Shown here one piece after another: positions 14,140 through 25,825 of a DNA stretch of 64,000 bases (position 1 is its first letter; every line of letters starts with the position of its first letter). The position numbers and the translations under genes are program-made. The DNA comes from Octopus vulgaris (Eukaryota). A model generated the notes under the pieces. The model searched no databases. It was given only the letters and a program-made list of their open reading frames with translations, and was not told the origin of the DNA. Location of the stretch: the NCBI GenBank assembly GCA_951406725.2, contig OX597824.1, forward strand, positions 89,342,001 to 89,406,000. The letters are read 5' to 3'.

Positions 14140-14586
14140 AAACTTAGATATCTTTCGACCAAAGATTGGTCCAGGCCATGTCTAACTTAATAGCACCACC
14201 TGATAGGATTATTTGAATCCTGTTTAAGTCCAGTTTTGTTTATGGTCCATTCAAGTAGTGAGTTTTTGTTGGGTGAGTTGTATCCAATTATGGGTGGCTT
14301 ATCTGGTATTCCTTGAAGGAATCTATCCAGACTCCGTTTAAAGTTGATGGGATCCTTTTCCTCTTTGATCTCTTTCGGGACAATGTTAAATAGAGCAGGG
14401 CCTGTTGAGGAAAAGAAATTATGTTGAAGTGTACATGTATGCTGTGATCCTGAATTGGGCAGGGGACGTATGGCCCGTGGTCCCAGTCTTGGATGAACCT
14501 TGAAGCTAATGTTCAGGTCGTTTGGGCAAAGTTGGCGGTATATTCTCCACATCGTACAAATGATGATGTACCGCTCACGGCGACGT
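14140..14586 (-). mobile_element. CR1-type LINE 3' end, 5'-truncated
   Basis: RRRERYII..MWRIY...HPRLG...GPALFNIVPKEI...FKRSLDRFL..IPDKP; a second copy of its 3' end lies at 34869-35022. Confidence 0.85.
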
Positions 14587-14646
14587 TGATGTACCGCTCA
14601 CGGCGACGCTGATGTACCGCTCACGGCGACGTTGATGTACCGCTCA
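14564..14646. repeat. 23-bp tandem repeat x3.6 at LINE 5' junction
   Basis: Unit TGATGTACCGCTCACGGCGACG(T/C) starting 14564, 14587, 14610, partial 14633. Confidence 0.95.
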
Positions 14647-15235
14647 TTTGTAGAATTATGTGACATATATTTGAATTCATATACAAACGCTCATTTTATT
14701 ATGTTCACCATTATATAAGTAAAACACATGACGGTAGGGGACGTGTTAACATTTCTGCTAGCTCGACCCTTTAAGTATAATAAAAATAACCGCCTCTAGA
14801 GGATGTGTCCTAGTTAGCGAATGGCAAATAAGATCAGCTCCTTGTCAGAAGGGGAGAATACCTTAAGAGTCAGGAATTCTTCAGAGCTCAGATGCCATTA
14901 AGAAAAAAAAAAAGTAGAGGTTTATTGTCTGGAGATGAGAGGACAGTCTTGGGCATTGATACGTGTTTCTGCTTCAGTAACCGTCATCAGCACGACAACT
15001 TGCCTTCGCGTATCTCAAGTAACTAAAGAACTTATACAAAAAAAAGGTAGTTTTGAAATATAGGACCTAGGAATATGATGTATGTAAGGGTCGAAAACAA
15101 AATGGGTGTGGATATGACTCCAATTTTGTTTCTTTTTTTACATGACCTAGTAAGAAGTTAGCAGTCCGAAATACAAGAAACATTTGTAAAAATCGATCCA
15201 TAACAAATTACGCATTAGAACTACATTTAATACCA

Positions 15236-15568
15236 TCGCATGGCTCAGTGGTTGGAGCGTCGGGCTCACAATCATGAGGTTGTGAGTTCGATTCCCGTAC
15301 CGGGCTGTGTGTTGTCTTCTTGAGCAAGACACTTTATTTCCCGTTGCTCCAGTTCACTCAGCTGGCAAAAATGAGTTGGTATATCACTGGTGCAAAGCTG
15401 TATCGGCCCCTTTGCCTTTCCCTTGGATAACATCAGTGGCATGGAGAGGAGAGGCTGGTATGCGTGGGCGACTGCTGGTCTTCCATAAACGACCTTGCCC
15501 GGACTTGTGCCTCGGAGGGTAACTTTCTAGGTGTAATCCCATGATCATTCATGACCAAAGGGGGTCTT
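15236..15568 (+). mobile_element. tRNA-derived SINE, family C (Nin/Deu-like central domain)
   Basis: TGGCTCAGTGG A box, GAGTTCGATTCC B box, TTGAGCAAGACACTT...CCAGTTCACTCAGCTG; copies at 23200, 54693, 62606. Confidence 0.9.
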
Positions 15569-16125
15569 TATCGTGGCAAAAGGAAAAGTAGAAAACAAAA
15601 CAAAACAGTGAGATACGAATAAATATAAATAAATAGTCTCACATTAGAAGCACGAGGAAAACAGAAAAGACATGTATTTCTGTTTTTACTGTTTTTATGT
15701 AACCGGTAGAAAATCTAGAAAATTCTGGTCTGATGGGAAGTGGGGGTTGATGGTGACTTCAGAGACAGAAGGATCGGCTGCAGCGGGTTGAAGAATCCTG
15801 GCTATTTTGGTCCGTAGAGTTTTTTATATTTTGTTTCCACTATTTATTTTTTTCCATCGAAAGACAGAGGCCATTTGGAGACGATTGCAGCCTCTGTTGG
15901 CAGCCATACGCGTATGTGCAAATAGAGACATATACATACATACATACATACATACATACATACATACATACATACATACTTACATAAGTGTATATAAGTA
16001 TGTGTGTATATATACATATATACATATCTATATGTGTTGGAATATATATATATGAGTGTGTATGCATGTGTGTGCATATATTATATATATATATATATAT
16101 ATAAAATATACATATATATACATAC

Positions 16126-16250
<125 letters not shown>

Positions 16251-16323
16251 CACATAGTCCCATTTTGTATTTTATTTTAAATATATATATATATATATTT
16301 ATACATATATATGTAGATACATT

Positions 16324-16392
<69 letters not shown>

Positions 16393-16934
16393 TTATACCT
16401 ATGTATATATATATATATATATATATGCATGTATAAACACACACATCATCTGAGACATATGTATTTATAAAAATCTATATGACAAACATATGTGCTTGTC
16501 CCGCATTCTCCCCTTCCTCTCTCTCTCTCTGTATCCCTCCCTCACACACACACACACACACACTTAAAATCATGGGCATTGAGAGAAGTAGGAGTGAGAA
16601 GTAGAGAAAGGGAGATGGTAAGAAATATAGATACACAGTCAGATGAAGAGAGAGAGAGGGGGAGGGGGGAAAGAGGTGGGAGAGGGGGGAAATTAATTGA
16701 CGACGAAAAGATGAAGGCGCGAATAAAATAAGCAGAATAAGAGAAACAAGGAAATAATGAAAAGAAAAAAAAGAAGTTTCAAAAAATTTTTTGTAAAATG
16801 TAAAATATGTGTTACAAGTAGATCTAGATCATAGAATGAGTAATGTAGGTTTGGGTCGTGGTGTGGGGGTGGGGAGGAGATGAGAGTGTGTGTCTGTGCG
16901 TGTGTCCACAAGTATGTAAGCGTGTGTATATATA

Positions 16935-17043
<109 letters not shown>

Positions 17044-17102
17044 ATACATATATATATATGTATGTATATATATATATATATATTTATGTATGTATATGTA
17101 TG

Positions 17103-17144
<42 letters not shown>

Positions 17145-17280
17145 AATCTTCGGATTCTTTTTAATATGCTAGACCACTGGTTTTAATTGACTAATATCAA
17201 TTTCTACCCTTAATTAATTTTATATATATATATATATATCCGTCTGAGAGTGTGTTTCGATATGTATATGCATACACATA

Positions 17281-17343
17281 GGTTTTAGGGTTAGGATTAG
17301 GTTTTAGGGTTAGGCTTAGGTAAAGGGTTAGGGTTAGGGTTAG
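17281..17343 (+). repeat. Degenerate interstitial (TTAGGG)n
   Basis: About ten TTAGGG/TTAGG-like units, ending GGGTTAGGGTTAGGGTTAG. Confidence 0.75.
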
Positions 17344-17344
17344 A

Positions 17345-17643
17345 TTATTCTATCGGTTCTCTTTTGCCGAACCGCTAGGTTACAAGGACGTAAACACACC
17401 AACATCGGTTGTCAAGCGATGGTAGTTGGACAAACAGACGCACAAACATATACATGCATGCATGGAACCACACACACACACACATACAACGGGCTTCTTT
17501 CAGTTTCCGTCTACCAAATCCGCTCACAAGACTTTGGTCGGCCCGAGGCTATAGTAGAAGACACTTCAGCCCAAGGTGCCACGCAATAGGACTGAACCCC
17601 AAACCATGTGGTTGGTATCTACCACACAGCTACTTCAGCGCCT
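17345..17643 (-). mobile_element. SINE family A, 3'-truncated
   Basis: Homologous to 13370-13653. Confidence 0.85.
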
Positions 17644-17675
17644 ATATATATATACATACATATATACATACATAT

Positions 17676-17819
<144 letters not shown>

Positions 17820-18006
17820 ATATAAACATACATACAAACATGCATGAGAAAGAAGAGAGGGGAAGAAAAGAGAGAAAGAAAAACACACGTACTCATAAGG
17901 AAATGCGCGCGGACGCACCTGCACACTGGTATGTTTGTAAGCATCGCTATTACGAACAATACCATTATGACACACACTGACACATATACACCCATAAATA
18001 TATATG

Positions 18007-18074
<68 letters not shown>

Positions 18075-18222
18075 CACAGTCATATGTAAGAACATTCTTG
18101 AAATGAAATGAAATAAGGGGAAATAGCACAAGTGGGTGATTGGCAGGAATTTAGAGAAATGTGTTAAGGGGTGCATTCGCGAAGCAGCCCAACATGTCTT
18201 TGCATACGAACACGTGCACATT

Positions 18223-18253
<31 letters not shown>

Positions 18254-18510
18254 CCACACACACACACACATACACACACATTAGATGGTGTACTCATGGC
18301 CACTGTCATCAGTTGGAATACTGACGCATGGAGAGGAATCTGTATGAGTGTGTATACATTGGGTGCGTTGCATATATGTGTGTATGTATGTATGTATGTA
18401 TGTATGTATGTATGTATGTATGTATGTATGTATGTATGTATGTATAAGAAAATGTAAACATATATTGAAGTAACACAAATACAGATACGAATATTTATCT
18501 TATAAATATA

Positions 18511-18542
<32 letters not shown>

Positions 18543-18545
<3 letters not shown>

Positions 18546-18762
18546 TTAAAAGCAACAGAAATTCAACAAAACCTGTTACTCGGAATTTACTCGGACAGTT
18601 TTGTTAAAATTTTAACAAAACTGTCCGACGAACGGGAACGTGAAACTCCGAGTAACAGGTTTTGTTGAATTTCTGCTGCTTTTAAATAAAGCATATTACT
18701 CTACCCCTGGTATTTGAGTACTCTTTTTCCACCTTGTTTCACATTTATGTGTTTACTCCGGT
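18543..18762 (+). mobile_element. Fold-back element, family P2, with hammerhead motif
   Basis: Loopless palindrome centred 18609/18610 (arms 18543-18609, 18610-18688); (TA)n on both sides; single-arm copy at 45098-45247. Confidence 0.8.
18621..18658 (+). ncRNA. Putative minimal type I hammerhead ribozyme (U4C core variant)
   Basis: ctgt-CCGACGA-ACG-GGAA-CGT-GAAA-CTC-C-GAG-TA-acag: stems I, II and III all pair; NUH triplet GUA. Confidence 0.7.
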
Positions 18763-18773
18763 ATATATATATG

Positions 18774-18958
18774 TCTGTAAATGTAATATGTGACAATTAT
18801 TCGGTAGCCGTGACATCCAGTAGCCTCGGCAACCGAAACTCGGAGTTTTATCTTTGCTACCGAATAATTGACACATATTACATTTACAGATAAATTTCTC
18901 TAATTACATAATATCAAGGTCTCTTTCATTCATTTGCTGTCTTGCCATTTTTACCAAT
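18774..18958 (+). mobile_element. Fold-back element with hammerhead 3' half
   Basis: 35-bp inverted arms 18774-18808 / 18856-18890 (one mismatch); spacer contains GG-CAA-CC-GAAA-CTCGGAG-TT. Confidence 0.65.
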
Positions 18959-18979
18959 ATACATACATATATGTATATG

Positions 18980-19052
<73 letters not shown>

Positions 19053-19054
19053 GT

Positions 19055-19203
19055 CGGTGTGTCGTAGGAAGGTTATTCTCGAACCACATAGTTCCGGGTT
19101 CAGTTACTGCGTGGAACCTTGAGCAAGTATCTTCTATAACAACCACGGGCCGATAAAAGCCTTGCGACTGGATTTGGTAAATGGGATCTGACAGAAACCC
19201 GTA
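19055..19203 (+). mobile_element. SINE family A 5' part (diverged)
   Basis: GTTCCGGGTTCAGT, ACCTTGAGCAAGT, TGGATTTGGTA. Confidence 0.7.
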
Positions 19204-19214
19204 ATATATATATT

Positions 19215-19350
19215 GATTGACCGCTAGGTCCAAAAGATCTTTGATTCCCTTTGTTTATTTCCTCGTGTTCCTTTCTGTTGAAAAGCGTAGGTTCGAAACG
19301 TAAAAGACTTTCTCACCATCCCGAGCGTTAAACTAATACACCAGCTTGCT
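19215..19350 (+). mobile_element. Family P1 hammerhead-like element
   Basis: 19271-19306 cttt-CTGTTGA-A-AAGC-GTAG-GTTC-GAAA-CG-TA-aaag, followed by GAGCGTTAAACTAATACA as in other P1 copies. Confidence 0.7.
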
Positions 19351-19359
19351 AGACACCCG

Positions 19360-19614
19360 GACGTGAATTTCCAAACCCCAAAGAATTATTGTCAACACAT
19401 GGCTATGGTGCTCCTTGAATACTTCTGCTCGCGATCAAAGATGTACATATCGTCTACAACTAGTTAAGGCCAAACAACTAACAAGCAAATCTGTGGTATT
19501 GAGCAGAATATTTGCTGTAGCCCATCTTTTACACCAAGACAAAACAATGTACATGATAACACTTTCAATCGGTTAAGATCAGAAGCCATGAGAGCTTCTG
19601 GTACTGCATCAGGG
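19360..19614 (-). mobile_element. Non-coding repeat, partial copy of 20325-20832 (probable LINE 3' UTR)
   Basis: Near-identical block CAAATCTGTGGTATTGAGCAGAATATTTGCTGTAGCCCATCTTTT...ACAAAACAATGTACATGATAACACTT at 19486-19565 and 20737-20815. Confidence 0.75.
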
Positions 19615-19616
19615 GA

Positions 19617-20257
19617 GTTCTTCTTCTTCTTCTTCTTCTTCTTCTTCTTCTTCTTCTTCTTCTTCTTCTTCTTCTTCTTCTTCTTCTTCTTCTTCTTCTT
19701 CTTCTTCTTCTTCTTCTTCTTCTTCTTCTTCTTCTTCTTCTTCTTCTTCTTCTTCTTCTTCTTCTTCTTCTTCTTCTTCTTGCCTTTGCACAGCTTCTAA
19801 CGCTGGAGATGTATTACAGTGTTCACTACCACTGAACTAAGGTAACACCTCTTATTTTTCGAGTACCTTCTGGGAGTATTCGAGCGGTCCCAAGCAGTGC
19901 TGTTTTCTGCCAGTGCTCCACCCTTATTGCAGCCCCTATTTGTTCCACCTACTTCTCAAGATTTTTGCTCACTGTTTCCAGGGCTCCGACAGTTATTGGT
20001 ACTACTGCTACCTTTTTCATCGACCACAACTGCTTAACTTCCCAAGCTAACCTGTCGTATCTCTCGACTTTTCTTTCTTCCTTATCGCATACCTTGTTGT
20101 CAGCTGGACATGCTATGTCTATGATCCGGCATAGTTTGTTTTCTTTCACAATTAAGACTATGTCCGGCTTCCTATTCTCTTTCTCATGGTCGCACTGAAT
20201 CATAAAATCCCATAGGATCTTTGCATTTCTATTGTCGACGATGCTTTCAGGTTTGTG
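19617..20257 (-). mobile_element. R4/Dong-type retrotransposon 3' fragment (RLE domain) with (GAA)n tail
   Basis: HKPESIVDNRNAKILWDFMIQCD..ENRKPDIVL..CRIIDIACP..KVERYDRL..VVPITVGAL..QKTALLGTARIL; begins at (AAT)n, ends in (GAA)n 19617-19782. Confidence 0.88.
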
Positions 20258-20261
20258 GTTG

Positions 20262-20323
<62 letters not shown>

Positions 20324-20324
20324 G

Positions 20325-20832
20325 AGAGCAGTATATGCCAACAGTGACTCTGGAGTAAAATATACGAAACCCAGTATACCCATCATGACTACTCGTCTGA
20401 TAAGGGTACACAAGGTACATGCATCACAACCATATGTGCGAGACATGATAACCTCATATCAAGATAAACAGCTCATGACCTTGCAGGTGGGACCCAGTTA
20501 GAATTTTCTTCTGGTCGGGTAACCCATCCCACTCAAAAGGTCTCTGAATAAGAGTTTTTTGAAGGATGTTGAACGAAACACCTATGTTGCCAAAGGTGGA
20601 TTATCCAAAACTCAAAGAATTCCTCTCAACACATGGCTATGATGCTCCCTAAATACTTCTGATCGTGATCAGAGCTGCACATATCGTCAGCCACCAAGGG
20701 ACATACTCAGCTAGTTACGGTCAAACAGCTGACAAGCAAATCTGTGGTATTGAGCAGAATATTTGCTGTAGCCCATCTTTTATACTAAGACAAAACAATG
20801 TACATGATAACACTTCCAATCAGTTAAGATCA
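20325..20832 (-). mobile_element. Probable non-LTR retrotransposon 3' UTR bounded by (AAT)n on both sides
   Basis: No ORF; (TTA)n at about 20265-20323 and 20835-20914; second copy 1 kb away. Confidence 0.65.
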
Positions 20833-20850
20833 TTGTTATTATTATTATTA

Positions 20851-20902
<52 letters not shown>

Positions 20903-20916
20903 AATTATTATTATTG

Positions 20917-21128
20917 AGGCTGTGAGCTGATAGAATCTTTTGCAGCCGGATAAAATGCTTAGTAGCATTTCGTCCGTTCTTAGGATTGTCTGAGTTCAAA
21001 TTGCCCAGAGGTTGACTTTGCCTGTCATCCTTTCAGGGTCGATAAAGCAAGTACCATTTGAGTACTGGGGTCGATGTAATCAAATATCTCCCTTCCTCAC
21101 CAAATTCAGGCCTTGTGCCCATACTAGA
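20917..21128 (+). mobile_element. SINE family B (diverged)
   Basis: GAGCTGATAGAATC, CTGAGTTCAAATT, CATCCTTTCAGGGTCGATAAAG. Confidence 0.8.
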
Positions 21129-21132
21129 AAGG

Positions 21133-21193
<61 letters not shown>

Positions 21194-21695
21194 AAATCAC
21201 CCACCCACCACCACCACCACCAACACCACCGTTTCAGTGATTACTATAACAGAACAACACTGTGTCTTCATTTCAAATTACACTTTCATTGCAAAATTTC
21301 GGGGACTCGATCTTTTAAGAGTAATGAATGATTTAACAAACAAATCTCGATTGTTCGGGTTTTCAAATTATTTTCCGCTTTCTTGACATCACTGGGCCAT
21401 AAATATTCATTAAACTGCTGTTTCGTCTCTGACATCGACTGATGACGACAATATCACGTGGCTTCTGTTCCTTTAAGCACGAGAAATACGAATTACGCAG
21501 CCGATAACACACACACACACACACACACATACACACACATACACACACACATACACATACACACACACACACACAGCCGAAATTGCGAGGATGATCCGGT
21601 TCTTGACTGAAGATTGAAGGCTTCGTATGTCCCGTCCGTGTTTTTTGCATCGTCTTCTAAATGTTTTGCGTTCTTGTCCCAGTTTATACTTTTTT

Positions 21696-21769
<74 letters not shown>

Positions 21770-21772
<3 letters not shown>

Positions 21773-21960
21773 CTACCTTCGAAACTTGGAGTAGATAAAC
21801 CAGGGTTCAACTGATGAAGGGAATGCTCTTTATGTTACCTGTCTCTTTTCTCTATTTGTTTCTTCCGTTGTTCGAAAAAATAGTTCGTTTTCCATGCTTT
21901 TGTCTTTTATGTTTTCGTTTCTCATTTTGTTCACGTTTTTGTTTTTGACGTCACGTAACC
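21770..21960 (+). mobile_element. (TA)n-flanked element, family P3, containing hammerhead core words
   Basis: GAAA-CTTGGAG-TA at 21781-21793, CTGATGA at 21811-21817, pyrimidine-rich tail ending GACGTCACGTAACC; related element at 53368-53552 (-). Confidence 0.55.
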
Positions 21961-22017
21961 ATATATGCATGTGTATATACATATATATGGAGGCATGTAC
22001 ATGTACGTGAGTATATA

Positions 22018-22069
<52 letters not shown>

Positions 22070-22669
22070 AAGCATGACAAAGTTTGTGCGAAAAATAAGG
22101 AAAATTCAAAAGGAAATAAGTGGGAGAGAGAGAGAAAGAGAGAGAGAGAGAGTGAATGAAAGAGAGAGTTGAAGAGAGGGAAGGAAGGAAAGGAAGAGAG
22201 TGAGAGAACGTGCGTGTGTATGTGTGTGAATATGTGTGGGTGTGTGTGTGTGAGAAAGAGAGATACCAAGAGAGAGAGAGAAAGAGAACGTGCGTGTGTA
22301 TGTGTGTGTATGAGAGAGAGAGAGAGAGAAAGAGAAAGAGAGAGAGAAAGAGAAAGAAAGAAACCGAGAGAAGGAAGGAAACGGAGAGAGGAAGAACTTG
22401 TGTGTGTGTGTAGAAGACAGATAGACAGATAAACAGTGTGAAAGGGAGATAGGCAGAGTGTGTTAAGGAAGAGAAGCGGGGGGGGGGAGACTGTTATCCG
22501 GCGGAAACACTGAAACCGCGGGGTATACAGTCTGCCAGTATGTTTACTTTGCTCCAACAGAAATGAAAAACAAAACCGGGAAACTGCCTCAAAAGTAGAC
22601 GTTATGACGTAAGAAGGTAATTTAATATAATACAGAATCATTTCAGTGAGATTAAACGGATTAACGTTG

Positions 22670-23152
22670 ACTTGTAAATCTATTCTTAATGCGTCTAGGC
22701 ATATTCGAACGTGAAAATGCTAATCGCTGATTTGTTCCATCACAAGAGAGCAACTTCACTTTTATGATAAATGTGTGTTTATAAGAGGCTCGCTTCGTTT
22801 GCATAAGGGATTCTGGGACAGGTGGTTTTTCGACATCTTTGGATCTGTTCACCTCACATTTGACGATGTATTTATCAGTTGGCAGATATCGGTACGGATC
22901 AACGAACAGTTTGTTGGCTGTAGTTAAAAATAGTTATTATGAGATTCATTAATCCTGAGGTGTCTGTCACTGATGAGACACAGCGATGTCGAAACACCGG
23001 GTGCTCCAGAATCCTTTGTTCTGATGAATCGTGTGTGTTGTGAACACACATTCGTCGTAAAGAAGAAGCTGATCTCCAGCGATGAAGCACAACAGCGATC
23101 AGCATATCCACGTTCGAATTTACCGGAACGAATTAACAATAAATATGCAAGT
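22670..23152. repeat. Old ungapped inverted repeat (168-bp arms, 147-bp spacer)
   Basis: 22670-22837 aligns without gaps to the reverse complement of 22985-23152 (shared ATTCGAACGTG, ATCGCTG, AATGTGTGTT, GGATTCTGG, TTTCGACATC); roughly 70% identity by eye. Confidence 0.8.
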
Positions 23153-23199
23153 AATTTTTTTCACCGCGCATGTGACAATTTAATATGAAGAGGAGGAGA

Positions 23200-23513
23200 A
23201 GGCCCCCTTCGGTCATGAATGACCATGGGATTGCACCTAGAAAATTACCCTTCCAGACACAAGTCAGGGCAAGATTGTTCGTGGAAGGATAGCAGTCGCC
23301 CATGCATACCAGCCTCCCCTCTCCGCACCACTGATGTTATCCAAGGGAAAGGCAAAGGACGTTACAGCTTGGCACTTGTGACGTTGCAACTCATTTCTAC
23401 AGCTGAGTTAACTGGAGCAACGTGAAATAAAGTGTCTTGCTCAAGAACACAACACACAGCCCGGACCGGGAATCGAACTCACAACCTCACGATTGCAAGC
23501 TCTACGCTCTAAC
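23200..23513 (-). mobile_element. SINE family C
   Basis: Reverse complement of 15236-15568, lacking the first about 20 nt. Confidence 0.9.
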
Positions 23514-24139
23514 AATAGATTAATCTATTGAACAATCATAGATTTTAGTGCTATGAAATGCTTAAATATATTTATTCTTGCTTTTACTGGTCAGTCCTGA
23601 CTGACCAATCTATGAACAAAGGTGTTCCACAGACTTTAAAATCCATCACTCTCCACGCCTCTCTCTATCCTTATATCTCTGTTTGTCTGTCTGTCTTTTT
23701 GTTTGTCTCTGTTTGTTTGTCTCTGTCTCTCTCTGATCATATTTATATATATTTTTCGTTTTCTTTGTAATAGTGAACTCTGCTCACATTCATTATATGA
23801 GTGTACACTTGTGTATGTAAACATATCTGTACATATGTAATTGATTCCTGTAAATACAAACAGAGTTTGTTCGCTTCTGCATATGTGCTACACAACCGGA
23901 AGGAAGTCGAGACAGAATAGAAATAATTTCAAATAATATATATATATACATCCTGAAAGAATATCTTTGTTGGTTCAAAAGAATTTTCATTTAAAATTTA
24001 CATACATTCACACGCATACATATATGCTTGTGCGTGTGTGACATACACATTGTGGTTTTCCTCGTTTTTAAATAGAAACCTGGAAACATGCTATCATATT
24101 TCATACATAGTCTCATACACGCCATAGTTTGGTTTCCTA

Positions 24140-24270
24140 AGTACATGCCTAACTGCCAGTCTGGATAAACTTGGATTTTCAGAAAAAGAAATCAACCAAT
24201 TGATTCGCACATTACAAACATAATCCGTTAGTGGAACAATAAAATTCTGCAAGACTTTTCTCAGGTTTAA
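24140..24270 (+). mobile_element. Extreme C-terminus of an RLE-type (R4/Dong-like) ORF, decayed
   Basis: LDKLGFSEKEINQLIRTLQT*SVSGTIKFCKTFLRF resembles the terminal Q...GT.KI motif seen in the other RLE fragments. Confidence 0.45.
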
Positions 24271-24383
24271 AACATGACATTATTTTCGTTATCTACTTTC
24301 CGATGATGGAGCTTTGTATCTTTGTTAGAAACCCACTCACACATACACACATACACACATACACATATACATGCATACATACA

Positions 24384-24415
<32 letters not shown>

Positions 24416-24796
24416 CATACATGCATACATACATATACATACATACATGCACACACATACATATATACATACATACATGCATACATATACATACATACAT
24501 CATACATACATATATACATACATGCATACATACATACATATATGCACACGCATACATATATACATACATGCATATATATACATACATATATGCATACATG
24601 CATACATATACATACATACATGCATATATACATACATACATACGTACATACGAACGTACATACATACATACATACATGCATACATACATACATACATACA
24701 TACATACATTCATACATACATACATACATACATACATACATACATACATACATACGTACGTACATGCATGTATGTATGTATACATGTATATATATA

Positions 24797-25007
24797 TACG
24801 AAGGGTTACTGAAAAGACCCTGGCTTTGCCTAAAAGAAAATACTAGAGGATCAGCTAATTACGATTGTATTCAATATTTCCCTTCAAACACTTAATGCAG
24901 TGGTCCTTCAGTTTTTCTAAGCCCTATAAAAGAACTCGAGGGTTGGGCCCTCCAAGCAGGCTTTTCGCGAAACCCTTAAAGCCGGGAACTTTTCAGCTTC
25001 CCCAGTA
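24797..25007 (-). mobile_element. Mariner-derived MITE (older copy)
   Basis: Homologous to 25826-26039; degenerate TIRs TACGAAGGG..CTGAAAAG / CTTTTCAG..CCCAGTA. Confidence 0.8.
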
Positions 25008-25039
25008 CATTAGTTTCATTTCTCTTTTTTTTCTTTCTT

Positions 25040-25415
25040 TTTTACTTGTTTCAGTCATTTTACTTGTTTCAGTCATTGACTGTGCCTTCTAGTCGAGTAA
25101 ATCGACCCCAGGACTTATTCTTTGTAAGCCTAGTACTTATTCTATCAGTCTCTTTTGCTGAACCGCTAAGTTACAGGGACGTAAACACACCAACATCGGT
25201 TGTCAAGCAATGGTGGGGGGACAAACACAGACACACAAACATATACACACATACATATATACAACGGGCTTCTTTCAGTTTCCATCTATCAAATCCACTC
25301 ACAAGGCTTTGGTCGGCCCGAGGTTATAGAAGAAGACACTTGCCCAAGGTACCACGCAGTGGGAATGAACCCGGAGCCATGTGGCTGGTAAGCAAGCTAC
25401 TTACCACACTGCCAC
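25040..25415 (-). mobile_element. SINE family A
   Basis: Homologous to 13255-13653. Confidence 0.9.
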
Positions 25416-25825
25416 TCAAATGCTGTATTGATGATCGACAGGCCAAGCTGAAGCAGCAACATGTTGATATAGTTGGATTCTAGTCATCGTAGCCTGCAGT
25501 GTAAGAACAAATTGCAATGTTATAGCTGGATGTACATTATATACTTTATACCAAGTGCTGCGTGCAACTGAGGCAGCATTAAGTTTAGCTGCTGCACCTG
25601 ACTTTACCTGTACTACTTCATCAGTAGAGAACTAAATATAATACGGTGGTTATGGGCGGATGGGGACAGATGACACATCATTCAGCAATTAAGTCTTGAA
25701 GTGAGATACACGTAGCAGGAATCTACCGTTTATTTTTTTTTTCTTGCTTGTCTACCTGTCCGTCTGTCAGCCTGCCTCCATATCTCTCTAGTAGACACAC
25801 ACACACACACACACACACACCTATA

